A stretch of DNA of 55,846 bases, taken from assembly GCA_003559475.1 (NCBI GenBank), contig PWLF01000170.1:1-55846 (forward strand), in the 5' to 3' direction. Numbering within the stretch: position 1 is the first letter of the stretch; each line of letters begins with the position of its first letter. The notes beneath the pieces were generated by a model. The model made no database searches, was not told where the DNA came from, and saw nothing but the letters and a program-made list of their open reading frames with translations. The stretch comes from Bacteroidales bacterium (lineage in GTDB: Bacteria > Bacteroidota > Bacteroidia > Bacteroidales > UBA7960). Below are positions 39,138 through 49,366 of this stretch, piece after piece. The position numbers were made by a program, and so were the translations under genes.

Positions 39138-40562
39138 TTATTTAAGTTTATTAACAGGTTTTAGTCCTAAATTGTTTCCTTCTTTTATCATAAATTTTAT
39201 AGCGTCTTCTCTTTGATTTGGAATTACACCATCCAAGATAGCTTCTTTTATAGAATTTTTGATTATTCCTACTTCTTTACAAGATGATAATCCGAATACA
39301 TGCATTATGTCATCTCCTGATACAGGAGGTTGCCAGTTTCTTATCCTGTCTTTTTCTTCAATATCTTTAAGTTTTTGTTTAACTAACTTCAGATTTTTTA
39401 GATATTTTTTTACTTTTTTAGGGTTTTCAGATGTTATATCTGCTTCACAAAGCATCATTAAATCATCAATATCATCTCCTGCATCAAAAAGCAACCTTCT
39501 TATAGCTGAATCAGTAACTTCATTTGTAACAAGAGCAATAGGCCTTAGGTGAAGCAAAACAAGCTTTTGAACGTATTTCATTTTTTCATTTTTTGGCAAC
39601 TTTAATCTTTGAAATATTTTGCCTACCATATTAGCACCCAAATGTTCATGCCCGTGAAATGTCCACCCTGTTTTATCTTTCCATTTTTTTGTTTGTGGTT
39701 TTGCAATATCATGTAGTAAAATAGCCCACCTAAGCCATATATTTTCAGTTTTGTCAACTATATTCTCAAGAGCTTTAAGCGTATGATTAAAATTGTCTTT
39801 GTGAGCCTTCCCATCTTTTATGTCTACACCCTTTAAATCTTCAAGTTCTTTGAAAAAATAGTTTAGTAAACCTGATAAGCTAAGTAACTCAATGCCTTTT
39901 GAAGGATTGTTTGAGGCTAGTATTTTATTAAACTCATCGGTTATTCTTTCAATGGATACAATTTTTATTCTATCTGACATTTTTTTTATTGCATTGAAAG
40001 AGGATTCTTCGATATTAAAATCAAGTTGTGCAGCAAATCTAATAGCTCTCATCATTCTTAGCGGGTCATCGGAAAAAGTCTTTTCCGGCTCAAGAGGTGT
40101 GCGAATAGTCCTAGTTTTTAGGTCTGATAACCCATCAAAAGGATCTAAAAACTTGTCTTTAACATTTTTGCTTAATCCAACTGCTAAAGCATTAATTGTA
40201 AAATCCCTTCTTTTTTGGTCATCAAGTAATGAGCCATTTTCAACTACTGGCTTTCTAGAGTTATCTCTGTAAGATTCTTTTCTTGCGCCAACAAACTCAA
40301 TTTCCCAATTATCCCATCTAATAAATGCTGTTTGAAAATTTTTATAAACTACAAGTTTTTTTTCGTTATTTATTTTTTTTGCAAATAGCTTCGCAAGCTC
40401 AATTCCTTTTCCAACAACAAGGATATCAACATCTTTTGATGCTCTTTTTAGCATAAGATCACGAACATATCCACCAATTACATAAGCATCAACGTTAAGT
40501 TCGTCTGCAGTTTCTCCTAATAACTTAAATAAACTATTGTTCGGTAACGTGTTTATATTCAA
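39138..40562 (-). CDS. tRNA nucleotidyltransferase / poly(A) polymerase-family protein with HD domain (CCA-adding type)
   Basis: YVIGGYVRD..L.....DVDILV head domain, RRDFTINA, and an HD motif at LLHDIAKP. Confidence 0.8.
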   Translation of the reverse strand: MNINTLPNNSLFKLLGETADELNVDAYVIGGYVRDLMLKRASKDVDILVVGKGIELAKLFAKKINNEKKLVVYKNFQTAFIRWDNWEIEFVGARKESYRDNSRKPVVENGSLLDDQKRRDFTINALAVGLSKNVKDKFLDPFDGLSDLKTRTIRTPLEPEKTFSDDPLRMMRAIRFAAQLDFNIEESSFNAIKKMSDRIKIVSIERITDEFNKILASNNPSKGIELLSLSGLLNYFFKELEDLKGVDIKDGKAHKDNFNHTLKALENIVDKTENIWLRWAILLHDIAKPQTKKWKDKTGWTFHGHEHLGANMVGKIFQRLKLPKNEKMKYVQKLVLLHLRPIALVTNEVTDSAIRRLLFDAGDDIDDLMMLCEADITSENPKKVKKYLKNLKLVKQKLKDIEEKDRIRNWQPPVSGDDIMHVFGLSSCKEVGIIKNSIKEAILDGVIPNQREDAIKFMIKEGNNLGLKPVNKLK

Positions 40563-40626
40563 TTATATAACAAATTTAATTCGAAGAATAAACGATAAAA
40601 TTTAAAATTTTAAAATGCAAAGATAA

Positions 40627-41193
40627 TTAACTTCTGATAATACCAATTTCTCCATCATCATGTAATTTAACAATTGTTGATGGTCGGGAACGACAAATTC
40701 CGTATTTGTCAACAGCTGTAATATGATCTACAGATTTTTTAATTTCATTAGAAACTCTACTGAAACTTAATGGTGTTGAGTCACCTGAAATATTCGCAGA
40801 AGTTGAAGTTAATGGCTTACCAAAAGCTTTAAGCAAATCATGGCAAAAAGGGTGTTTGGGTATTCTTATAGCTATAGAACCATCAGGAGCCATAACATTT
40901 TTTGCTATATTTTTTCCTTTTTTATAAATGATTGTTAGAGGATCTTCTATACCTCGGATTAGGTCGATGGCTACACCAGGAACATTTGATACATATTTTT
41001 TCAATTGGTCGGTATCCGAAACAAGAATAATTAAAGAGGTAGATGTTTTTGCTTTGATATTGTATATTTTACGTACAGCACGCTCATTAGTAGCATCACA
41101 ACCAATGCCCCAAACGGTATCGGTAGGGTAGAGGATTACCCCTCCTTTCTTTAATACCCTTACTGCTTTTTCTATTTCACTGCGTTCGTACAT
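40627..41193 (-). CDS. tsaC: L-threonylcarbamoyladenylate synthase (YrdC/TsaC type)
   Basis: GG.ILYPTDTVWGIGCDA.N..AV..I...K, and SANISG. Confidence 0.85.
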   Translation of the reverse strand: MYERSEIEKAVRVLKKGGVILYPTDTVWGIGCDATNERAVRKIYNIKAKTSTSLIILVSDTDQLKKYVSNVPGVAIDLIRGIEDPLTIIYKKGKNIAKNVMAPDGSIAIRIPKHPFCHDLLKAFGKPLTSTSANISGDSTPLSFSRVSNEIKKSVDHITAVDKYGICRSRPSTIVKLHDDGEIGIIRS

Positions 41194-41413
41194 GAATTAT
41201 ATTTTAATAAATAGTTATATGTATATTACTACATGATAATTAAACGAATAATTATATAAAAAGTTAATAAAAAGCTTAATTTATTCAATAAAAAACTTTC
41301 GTATTTATATAGTTAAATATAATTCTAACATATTAAATACGAAATATTTACAGTAATTATTGTATTTTACTTAAAAAATTTTTAAAAAATCAAATATATG
41401 AATAGATTAATGT

Positions 41414-42721
41414 TTAATCATTTTTATTATATGGCAGGTTGATGTTTTTTTCAGACCATAACAAATACAGTGCTCCAACTACTAAACTTACCATGCATAC
41501 CACAAAAGCAGTAGTAAAACCCCATGTTTCATAAAAGAACATACCTATTAGCGGGGCCATTAGCGAACGTAATCCAACCATTGATAAATGTGTTGATTGA
41601 TAAAGCCCTGCCTCTTCTTTCTTGCAAAAATATGCCGAACCGATACTCCATAAAAGAGCCATTGTAGCTGCAAAAAGAGAGTGAAAAAGAATATAAAAAA
41701 TCAATGTGTAGTAAATTGTAATTCCAAAAAATTCAAAATTTGATGGAAACCATTGAGTTAAAGTTAGAGATAGAATAAATAATGTCATGCATGTAAAAGA
41801 TATCGCTGCAAACTTTCGAGGATCAATGTTGCCGATAATCTTTCCAAATAAGGGTATTAACATAATAGCGATTATGTTGTAAGAGTTTTTATAAAAAGCT
41901 ACGCTTGTATAGTTTAATCCCAACTGTTTGTCAAAAAATATCGTTATGATTGAAACAGATGCCATAAATCCAAACCCGTAAAACATGAATCCTACCTCAA
42001 AATCAAAAAAGGATCTATTTCCGGTAAAGGTACCGGACATCTTTTTCAGCGATTCTTTTACTAATTTCAGGTAAGATTTTTTTACTTCCGAAACAATGTT
42101 TTGCTCTTTGTGGTCTATCATGGACAGAAGAAACACAGATAGAATTCCTAAAACTCCTATTATAGGAAAAACATAAACAAAGGCAAAATTATCTTTATCG
42201 AGAAGCAGTCCATAGCCGAAAGTAACAACTAATGCTGTGATTTTTTTCGCCATTTCAGCCCAAGAATATAGCTTCCCAAAGTTCTCATTGCTGTATGATT
42301 GTTTTAAGAAAAGATTAATAGTGGGATAAATAATAGGATTTGCCAAAAAATAAATCAAAAAAACGCATATAAAAATGTAATGATAAATTGGTTGGTCAAC
42401 GATTGAGTCAAAAGAGCGAGGGAAGAAAAATAGTAAAATCAAAGGGATCCTTGTTATAATTGCAGTTGTTCGCAGCAGTTTTTTTCGGTTTTTAATTTTA
42501 TCCGTAAAAGCATTAAAAAGAGCCAAGAAAAGAAAGACAACCATGCTAAACTGAAACAAAATGCTTAGTTGGTAGCCCGAACCTTGCAAACTTTTGATAA
42601 AGACAAACTCATTTAGAACAATTACTCCGGCTAAAATACCTTCTATAATGGAATAAGAAAGATGAAGATAAAACGTCTTGCGTTCCTCATTACTAAGGTT
42701 TTTTAAGTACTTTTTCCTCAT
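41414..42721 (-). CDS. MFS-type transporter (about 12 TM)
   Basis: Hydrophobicity pattern of two six-helix halves with a central loop. No specific subfamily recognised. Confidence 0.65.
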   Translation of the reverse strand: MRKKYLKNLSNEERKTFYLHLSYSIIEGILAGVIVLNEFVFIKSLQGSGYQLSILFQFSMVVFLFLALFNAFTDKIKNRKKLLRTTAIITRIPLILLFFFPRSFDSIVDQPIYHYIFICVFLIYFLANPIIYPTINLFLKQSYSNENFGKLYSWAEMAKKITALVVTFGYGLLLDKDNFAFVYVFPIIGVLGILSVFLLSMIDHKEQNIVSEVKKSYLKLVKESLKKMSGTFTGNRSFFDFEVGFMFYGFGFMASVSIITIFFDKQLGLNYTSVAFYKNSYNIIAIMLIPLFGKIIGNIDPRKFAAISFTCMTLFILSLTLTQWFPSNFEFFGITIYYTLIFYILFHSLFAATMALLWSIGSAYFCKKEEAGLYQSTHLSMVGLRSLMAPLIGMFFYETWGFTTAFVVCMVSLVVGALYLLWSEKNINLPYNKND

Positions 42722-42740
42722 CTTTTTTTAGTATGACAAA

Positions 42741-43868
42741 TTAGTTAACTGCTTGTAAAGTTTCATTTTTATACTGGAGGGGTGTCTTGCCTGTCTCTTT
42801 CTTAAACCAAAAGTAGAAAGTAGCTTTGGATTTAAAACCGGATTGTTTTGAAATTGAATCAATTGTATGTTTTTGAAAAGAATTGCTTCTGATTAATTTT
42901 TTTGCTTCAGCAACGCGCATAGTATTTATTAAAGAATAAAAATTGCTGTTGGCTTCTTCCTTAATAGATATAGATAAGTAGGTTCTGTTGATATTAAGAT
43001 CTCTTGATATGCTGAATAATGACAATTCAGGATTTATATAAAGTTTATCAGTAATTATATGATCCTTTAGCTTATTATATATACTTTTAGTGTCAATATT
43101 AGTTTTTGTTTTTTTTGATGATTCAAGATCTTTTTCAACTGCTTCTTTTTTTATAATACTATTATCAATTTTTTTATGACAATTTGAATAAATAGCTTTT
43201 TGCTTAAATCCGAAAAAGCCCAAGATAAAATGCTGTACTATATAAATTGAATTAGATATATGTATATAATTTATATTTGAGACTAAAAAATTCATATCTC
43301 TTATAATAAAAACAAAAATGAAGTCTAGGTTAATTATAAATAGGTAGATAAATAAATATACCTTTAGCCATTTTAGATTGTTGTTGCTAAGGTAAAAAGA
43401 GAAGTTGTTTTTTATGTTACTTGTGTGTTTTCTTAATAGTAAGAATATTGCCAGAGAGTAGCTTAGAACTTGAGCAGCATACAATGATACAATAATTAGA
43501 TGTTGTAATGTATTGCTAAAATATTCAGATAAAATACTTCTTGCTAAAATTAGAAATAATAATGCTATAAAAGGAGGGGTGAAATGCAAAAAGTATTTCC
43601 TTCTAAAAGTAAAATTAATTTGCACCAAACATTTTGTGTAAATATATAAAATCGGCATTATTAAGAATATAAGCATATTCATAATATAAAAGCCATAAGG
43701 ATAAGTTATACTACTTGATATTGCCAGTAGATAATAGCAACAAGTGCATAACAAAACAGCACTTAATATTTTTTTTTGCTTTTCTTTTTCTGTTAAACTA
43801 ATAAAACCAAATATGAATGTTATAACTACAATAATGACATTAAATAAAAAAGCCGGATTATTTCCCAT
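42741..43868 (-). CDS. Membrane-anchored AraC-family transcriptional regulator (about 7 TM N-terminal domain plus C-terminal HTH)
   Basis: I count seven hydrophobic helices in residues 1-225. The C-terminus reads LSLFSISRDLNINRTYLS..IKEE...NFYSLIN.MRV.EAKKLI........I..IS..SGFKS..TFY.WFKK.TGKTP..Y (AraC HTH). It is a paralogue of 50446-51603. Confidence 0.8.
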   Translation of the reverse strand: MGNNPAFLFNVIIVVITFIFGFISLTEKEKQKKILSAVLLCTCCYYLLAISSSITYPYGFYIMNMLIFLIMPILYIYTKCLVQINFTFRRKYFLHFTPPFIALLFLILARSILSEYFSNTLQHLIIVSLYAAQVLSYSLAIFLLLRKHTSNIKNNFSFYLSNNNLKWLKVYLFIYLFIINLDFIFVFIIRDMNFLVSNINYIHISNSIYIVQHFILGFFGFKQKAIYSNCHKKIDNSIIKKEAVEKDLESSKKTKTNIDTKSIYNKLKDHIITDKLYINPELSLFSISRDLNINRTYLSISIKEEANSNFYSLINTMRVAEAKKLIRSNSFQKHTIDSISKQSGFKSKATFYFWFKKETGKTPLQYKNETLQAVN

Positions 43869-43983
43869 AAATTTTTACATTTAAATAATTACATATGTAT
43901 TAAAAACAATAAAAGTTTTACACAACCTTCTGTATATTAAACAATAACAGGTGATTTTTAGAAGTGTAATAATCTCAAAATTA

Positions 43984-44045
43984 GTATTAATTGCCCAATT
44001 TAAACATGTTTGTTGCAAAGTTATAAAGTTTTGAATTTATATTTG
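43984..44045 (+). promoter_or_regulatory. Conserved promoter, copy 1: 23-nt operator-like motif plus -7 box
   Basis: GTATTAATTGCCCAATTTAAACA (43984-44006), then TATATTTG (44038-44045) starting 54 nt after the motif start. The ATG is at 44088. Confidence 0.6.
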
Positions 44046-44087
44046 TTTTTTTATAAAATTAAAATAAAATTATTAAAAATTAAAAAA

Positions 44088-45179
44088 ATGAAATCAAGTA
44101 AAATTATTGCATTTATAATAACAGTTTTTATAATACAAACTGTAGCATTTTCAGAATTATCTATAAGTCCTGATGGTACTGAACCGCATCCGGCTGCTAT
44201 AATAGATTTAATTTCAAATGACAAAGGGGTTCTTTTCCCTCGGATGTCAACAGATGATCGAGAAGAAATAGATACTGAACCTGAAGGAGATTGGGACTCT
44301 GCGGAATCTTTGATTATTTTTAATGAAACTACCAATTGTTTTGAAACCTATCTGTTAGGTTCTTGGCATGAGATGTGGTGTTTAAGCCCTTATATTGAAA
44401 GCCCTTGTAAAGATTATGAAAATGAAGATAGTTCCACAGGCTTTTTATTGGTAGATTCGCGTGATGATGAAGAATACGAATTAATTGAACTTGGCGGCCA
44501 ATGCTGGATGGCAGAAAATTTGGCATATTTGCCTGAAGTTCATAATAATAGTGATTTCGAAACCCAAGGGAATAATCAAGATCCAGGATATGGTGTTTAT
44601 GGTTATAATGGAGATGATGTAAATGATGCAAAGAATCACACGCATTTTCTGAGTATTGGAGATGTGAATGTTTATGAAAATTATGGAGTATTATATAACT
44701 GGTGGGCAGCAATGGGCCAATCAAATGCAACTGGTTGCAATGGAACAGGGGCTCCACCCAATGACGCATGCGATACGCCTGTTCAAGGCGCATGTCCTGA
44801 TGGATGGCACTTACCAAGTGATTATGAGTGGACTACATTAGAAAGGTATATATGCAATGATGCAGATAATGAAGATTGCGATACCAACTTTCCTTATGAT
44901 GAATCTGATACCGGCTATCGAGGCAATGATGAAGGTGATAGGTTGAAATACTCTAATTGGTGTTGGAGTGATCCATGTGCAACTAGCGGTTTTGCAGCTC
45001 GTATGAGTAAATCCAGAAATACAACCGGCACTTTCCCGGATGTTTATACAGGAAGCTGGTGGAGTAGTTCAGGCGATGCTAGTGGATTTTACAGACGCCT
45101 TCGAGATGATTACACTTCAGTTTTTAGGAATGAAGCAGATAAATCTTTCGGCTATAGTGTTAGATGTGTAAGAGATTAA
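44088..45179 (+). CDS. Array member P1: signal peptide plus shared N-module plus FISUMP lectin-like domain (subclass A)
   Basis: MKSSKIIAFIITVFIIQTVAFS/ELSISPDGTEPHPAAIIDLISNDKGVLFPRMST..., GGQCWMAENLAYLPEV, YGVLYNWWAA, CPDGWHLPSDYEW, GYSVRCVRD. The track start at 44010 is a TTG inside the promoter. Confidence 0.8.
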   Translation: MKSSKIIAFIITVFIIQTVAFSELSISPDGTEPHPAAIIDLISNDKGVLFPRMSTDDREEIDTEPEGDWDSAESLIIFNETTNCFETYLLGSWHEMWCLSPYIESPCKDYENEDSSTGFLLVDSRDDEEYELIELGGQCWMAENLAYLPEVHNNSDFETQGNNQDPGYGVYGYNGDDVNDAKNHTHFLSIGDVNVYENYGVLYNWWAAMGQSNATGCNGTGAPPNDACDTPVQGACPDGWHLPSDYEWTTLERYICNDADNEDCDTNFPYDESDTGYRGNDEGDRLKYSNWCWSDPCATSGFAARMSKSRNTTGTFPDVYTGSWWSSSGDASGFYRRLRDDYTSVFRNEADKSFGYSVRCVRD

Positions 45180-45230
45180 TGCGGTACTGATAAAAAATGT
45201 TGCTTATAAGTCAACCATTATTTACAAGTT

Positions 45231-45293
45231 GTATTAATTGTCCAATTTGAACAGAATTATTTGTAAATATTTAAAGTTTTAAACCTATTTTTG
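45231..45293 (+). promoter_or_regulatory. Conserved promoter, copy 2
   Basis: GTATTAATTGTCCAATTTGAACA (45231-45253), then TATTTTTG (45286-45293) starting 55 nt after the motif start. The ATG is at 45323. Confidence 0.6.
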
Positions 45294-45322
45294 CTTTTAT
45301 ACTAAAAAAACACTAATAAATT

Positions 45323-46291
45323 ATGAAATTAAATAAAACTTTTATTTTATTATTAACAGCTTTTATGTTTCAAGCTGTAGCTTTCTCTCAAGTATCCATA
45401 AGTGATGATGGTAACCGTGATGCTCACCCTTCCGCTGTGTTAGAGTTAATTTCAGCTGATAAGGGATTACTTTTGCCACGATTAACAACGGAGGAAAGAA
45501 ATAGTATTAACGATCCTGCGGAATCTTTGTTAATATTTAATACAGAAACTAATTGCATTAATGTTTGGCTAGATGAATGGTACAACTTTTGGTGCTATGA
45601 GCTACCGGAATGGAGTGAGTGTGGAGACAATATTGCCTTTATGTATAATGGTGAACAAGTAATATACGGCACATTTGAAAGCCCTGAAACCGGCAGATGT
45701 TGGTTAGACAGAAATCTTGGAGCTAAACGTGTTGCTCAAAGTGTTGACGATTATTTAGCTTATGGCGATTTATTTCAATGGGGAAGAGATGATGATGGGC
45801 ATCAAGTTATAAATTGGATTTCTGATGATAGTTCTGATGATGAGGAAAGAGCCAGGGAAACAGAGGATATTGCTACAACTGACCAACCGGGACACGATAA
45901 TTTTATAAAATCAGATAATTCTACTAATAGAGATTGGCGTAGTGACTATAATAATAACAGATGGAATGCTGATCCTATAGAAAACAACCCTTGTCCGGAT
46001 GGCTGGAGAATACCATCTGATGATGAGTGGGAAGCCGAGTCAGGCGGATGGTCTAATATTTATGATGGATTTGATTCGGGGTTAAAACTAACAGTTGCCG
46101 GAAGACGCCATAATGAAGGGGGTTACCTTCTTGATAGTCCTGTTAGCGGCTTTTATTGGACAAGCTCTTTAAGTGATGATCCCTCATATCCGGAATTCTC
46201 CAGATACTTTAGAGTTAACACATTTAGCTTCCCCGGTAATATTAACACAGGACGTGCAACAGGTTGTTCTGTCAGATGCATTAAAGACTGA
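45323..46291 (+). CDS. Array member P2: shared N-module plus lectin-like domain (subclass B)
   Basis: AFSQVSISDDGNRDAHPSAVLELISADKGLLLPRLTTEERNSINDPAESLLIFNTETNC, CWLDRNLGA, GDLFQWGRDDDGHQ, NPCPDGWRIPSDDEW, CSVRCIKD. Confidence 0.8.
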   Translation: MKLNKTFILLLTAFMFQAVAFSQVSISDDGNRDAHPSAVLELISADKGLLLPRLTTEERNSINDPAESLLIFNTETNCINVWLDEWYNFWCYELPEWSECGDNIAFMYNGEQVIYGTFESPETGRCWLDRNLGAKRVAQSVDDYLAYGDLFQWGRDDDGHQVINWISDDSSDDEERARETEDIATTDQPGHDNFIKSDNSTNRDWRSDYNNNRWNADPIENNPCPDGWRIPSDDEWEAESGGWSNIYDGFDSGLKLTVAGRRHNEGGYLLDSPVSGFYWTSSLSDDPSYPEFSRYFRVNTFSFPGNINTGRATGCSVRCIKD

Positions 46292-46339
46292 TATTAGATT
46301 AAGTATTATAATCCTAAATAACAATTAAAACAAAAAACT

Positions 46340-47311
46340 ATGAAACTAAAAAAAACTATTACACTTCTCATTACAGTTTTTATATTTCAAACTGTCGCAC
46401 TTTCTCAAGTGTCTATAAGCAAAGACGACCGTACTGCTCACCCCGCTGCTTTGTTGGATTTGGTAGCAAACGAAAAAGGATTTCTTATGCCTAGATTAAC
46501 TATGGAAGAAAGAAATGAAATAACTAATTTGGATGAAATTCACGAAGGCGTTGATGCCGAATTTTTAATGATTATTAATACTGATAGTAAATGTATAGAA
46601 ATGTATGTTGAGAACTCTTGGAACCCCATTTGGTGTCACGATCACTGTGATGGCATTAAGGAAGTGACGTTTATATACAACGAAGAGGAGGTGACATACG
46701 GAACTGTCTCAAATGCAGGACAGTGCTGGCTTGATAGAGTTTTAGGAGCTTGCCCTGATACAAATCCGGAGGACTATACAGATGCCAATGATTTTAGAGG
46801 AAAAGGAGACCTTTTTCAGTGGGGAAGGCTAGATGATGGTCATCAGCTTATTGATAGAGAAGAAAATGAAGTGATTTCAAACACAACTACTGCGAAAAGC
46901 GGATCTGATATTCCGGGACATAACTTATTTATAAATGCAGGTTCCGGAGAAGATTGGTTAGTTACTAGAAATGATAATCTTTGGGATGATGCAAATGGTG
47001 CTAGTAATCCTTGCCCCAATGGATGGAGACCTCCAACAAAAGATGAAATGGAAATTGAAATGAATAGCTGGCATGGCGTGGGGCGTGATGTTGCATTTGC
47101 TTCTCCTCTTAGATTTACAACAGGAGGACGTAGAGAATCAACAACTGCTGTCGAATTAAACAGAACTTCCACTCAGGGAAATTATTGGACAAGCACAAAT
47201 AGTACAGATGAACCCGGAGAGTCCGTATTCTTAATGATAACATCTACCGCTAATTATTTTAGTGAGTTTAATAGAGCTCGTGGTGCTAGTGTTAGATGTA
47301 TTAAAGACTAA
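46340..47311 (+). CDS. Array member P3: shared N-module plus lectin-like domain (subclass B)
   Basis: ALSQVSISKDDRTAHPAALLDLVANEKGFLMPRLTMEERNEI, CWLDRVLGA, GDLFQWGRLDDGHQ, NPCPNGWRPPTKDE, ASVRCIKD. Confidence 0.8.
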   Translation: MKLKKTITLLITVFIFQTVALSQVSISKDDRTAHPAALLDLVANEKGFLMPRLTMEERNEITNLDEIHEGVDAEFLMIINTDSKCIEMYVENSWNPIWCHDHCDGIKEVTFIYNEEEVTYGTVSNAGQCWLDRVLGACPDTNPEDYTDANDFRGKGDLFQWGRLDDGHQLIDREENEVISNTTTAKSGSDIPGHNLFINAGSGEDWLVTRNDNLWDDANGASNPCPNGWRPPTKDEMEIEMNSWHGVGRDVAFASPLRFTTGGRRESTTAVELNRTSTQGNYWTSTNSTDEPGESVFLMITSTANYFSEFNRARGASVRCIKD

Positions 47312-47355
47312 TAAGGCAAATTAATATTTATTTTTTTTAACTAATTATTATATAA

Positions 47356-48282
47356 ATGTATAAAACAACAAGAATTACTTCACTGTGTTTAATGTTGATG
47401 TTTTCGATAACAAGCATTTCTCAGGTTTCAATAAGTGAAAAAGATGGACAACAAGCTCATCCGTCTGCTATTTTAGATCTGATTTCTGAAGAAAAAGGTG
47501 TGCTTATTCCTAGATTAACACAAGAACAAATAAATGCTATTGTTGACCCTGCTGATCATTTGATGGTTATTAACCTAGATAGTGACTGTGTTGAAATGAT
47601 GATTAATGGTTTTTGGTTTCAGCTTTGGTGCTATGAAAGCCCATGTAGTGGTTATGAAGGTAGCACTTATGAGTATGAAAAGGTAGTCGATGGTTATACT
47701 TATAGATTGGTTGATATCGGAAATCAATGCTGGTTTGCAGAAAATATACGATATAACTATGATAATTGTTATAATGAAACTTGGGTTAATTATCAAGATA
47801 GAGGTTGGTGTGGTTATTATTATGATGGTTCTGATGAATTAGAAGAGTATGGCAAATTATACCAGTGGTCAGCTGCTTTAAATGTTTGTCCTGCAGGATG
47901 GACTCTGCCTTCTAATAACGACTGGACGATGCTGGAAAGGGCTATTTGTGTGAGCGGAACATGTATTGAAGAGTTTCCTCTAGATAACACAACAATATCT
48001 TGGAGAGGGACAGATGAAGGAGATAGGATAAAGTGTAATGAATATGATGATGGAGCTTTCTGTAATGAAGAAGAATTTTGCGGTACAAGTTCTTTTACTG
48101 CTTTGCCCGGTGGGTTTCGTCGAGACTATGGTACGTATAGCCAAAATAACGCGTTTTGGTGGACATCCACTCAAGATGGTGGTGACGCTTGGAGACGTGT
48201 AATAAGTCCAAATCGTTCGGATATAGATCGTGCTACAAGAACTAAAGCAAATGCATACTCGGTTAGATGCGTTAGAGAGTAG
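47356..48282 (+). CDS. Array member P4: shared N-module plus FISUMP domain (subclass A)
   Basis: SISQVSISEKDGQQAHPSAILDLISEEKGVLIPRLTQEQ, GNQCWFAENIRY, YGKLYQWSAA, CPAGWTLPSNNDW, SFTALPGGFR, YSVRCVRE. Confidence 0.8.
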   Translation: MYKTTRITSLCLMLMFSITSISQVSISEKDGQQAHPSAILDLISEEKGVLIPRLTQEQINAIVDPADHLMVINLDSDCVEMMINGFWFQLWCYESPCSGYEGSTYEYEKVVDGYTYRLVDIGNQCWFAENIRYNYDNCYNETWVNYQDRGWCGYYYDGSDELEEYGKLYQWSAALNVCPAGWTLPSNNDWTMLERAICVSGTCIEEFPLDNTTISWRGTDEGDRIKCNEYDDGAFCNEEEFCGTSSFTALPGGFRRDYGTYSQNNAFWWTSTQDGGDAWRRVISPNRSDIDRATRTKANAYSVRCVRE

Positions 48283-48390
48283 TCCTACCCAAAATTATGT
48301 GTTTTGTGTCAATTGTTAGTTGATATAAAGGCGTTTTTATATTGTTTAATTTGTTGTAAAACAAAATAGTTATTTTAAATATTCAAATAA

Positions 48391-49311
48391 ATGAAAAAGT
48401 TAGTATTAGCTCTATTAATATGTGTTTTCTCAATATCTGCTTTCTCACAGCAGAGAGTTTTAATAAGCGATGACAATAATATTTTAGAAGATAATCAATC
48501 AGCTATTCTTGAACTTTTTTCTAAGAATAAAGGTTTTTTATTACCCCGTGTTACTACAGATGAAAGGAATCAAATATCTAATCCGTCAAATTCTTTGTTG
48601 ATTTTTAACAAAGAAACTCAATGTATAGAGTCCTATGTTGAAGATTGGCATAGTATATGGTGTCTTGAAGAATCACTGTTTCCCATCAATTATGTCCATT
48701 GCGAATCTCCAACAGAAGTAGTTGAAATAACCTCAGAAACAGGAAGAGTATGGATGGATAGAAATCTTGGAGCTACTAGAGCTTGTTTATCTTCAACAGA
48801 TGTAGAGTGCTACGGTTATTGGTTCCAGTGGGGGCGTTTTGCCGAAGGGCATCAATGCAGAAGTTCAGATGATTATATTATAGGTCTTGCAGATACTTAT
48901 TTACCTGATGATGGAAATGAATGGTATGGGAAGTTTATAACAAATGATAATGATCCCAAAAATTGGATTTCTACTCAAGAGGATGATTTATGGCAAGGAG
49001 AAGAGAATAGTACAAATAATCCCTGTCCTAAAGGATTTAGATTGCCTACTAATGCTGAATGGCAAGCTGAAATAGACCAAGGTAGCTGGACAAATGCTGC
49101 AGATGCTTTTAACTCAAATCTAAAATTGCCCTTGGCAGGGGGACGTTCTAATAGCGTTGCGCTGCCTTTCAGTGTTGGGTTGTCCGGATTCTATTGGGCA
49201 AGCTCGGTAGATAATAATCGCTCACAAAATATTAGCTTTAGTACTAATATTATAGACTTGTATAGTGATGTTAGAGCTTATGGCTTTTCTGTACGCTGTA
49301 TAAAAGATTAA
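48391..49311 (+). CDS. Array member P5: shared N-module (most divergent copy) plus lectin-like domain (subclass B)
   Basis: AFSQQRVLISDDNNILEDNQSAILELFSKNKGFLLPRVTTDERNQISNPSNSLLIFNKETQC, VWMDRNLGA, YWFQWGRFAEGHQ, NPCPKGFRLPTNAEW, FSVRCIKD. Confidence 0.8.
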   Translation: MKKLVLALLICVFSISAFSQQRVLISDDNNILEDNQSAILELFSKNKGFLLPRVTTDERNQISNPSNSLLIFNKETQCIESYVEDWHSIWCLEESLFPINYVHCESPTEVVEITSETGRVWMDRNLGATRACLSSTDVECYGYWFQWGRFAEGHQCRSSDDYIIGLADTYLPDDGNEWYGKFITNDNDPKNWISTQEDDLWQGEENSTNNPCPKGFRLPTNAEWQAEIDQGSWTNAADAFNSNLKLPLAGGRSNSVALPFSVGLSGFYWASSVDNNRSQNISFSTNIIDLYSDVRAYGFSVRCIKD

Positions 49312-49366
49312 GCGTGTAGCTGAAAATTTGTTTATATAATTTTTTTTAATCAAATACTTTTAAAAA

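Noticed and set aside
6637-44087. N-terminal extensions in the ORF track that begin at TTG or other upstream starts (6637, 17763, 21257, 34173, 44010)
   Set aside because: Downstream ATGs (6667, 17787, 21308, 34212, 44088) give proper signal peptides or a lipobox, or match the paralogue's start. The 44010 extension would run through the conserved promoter.
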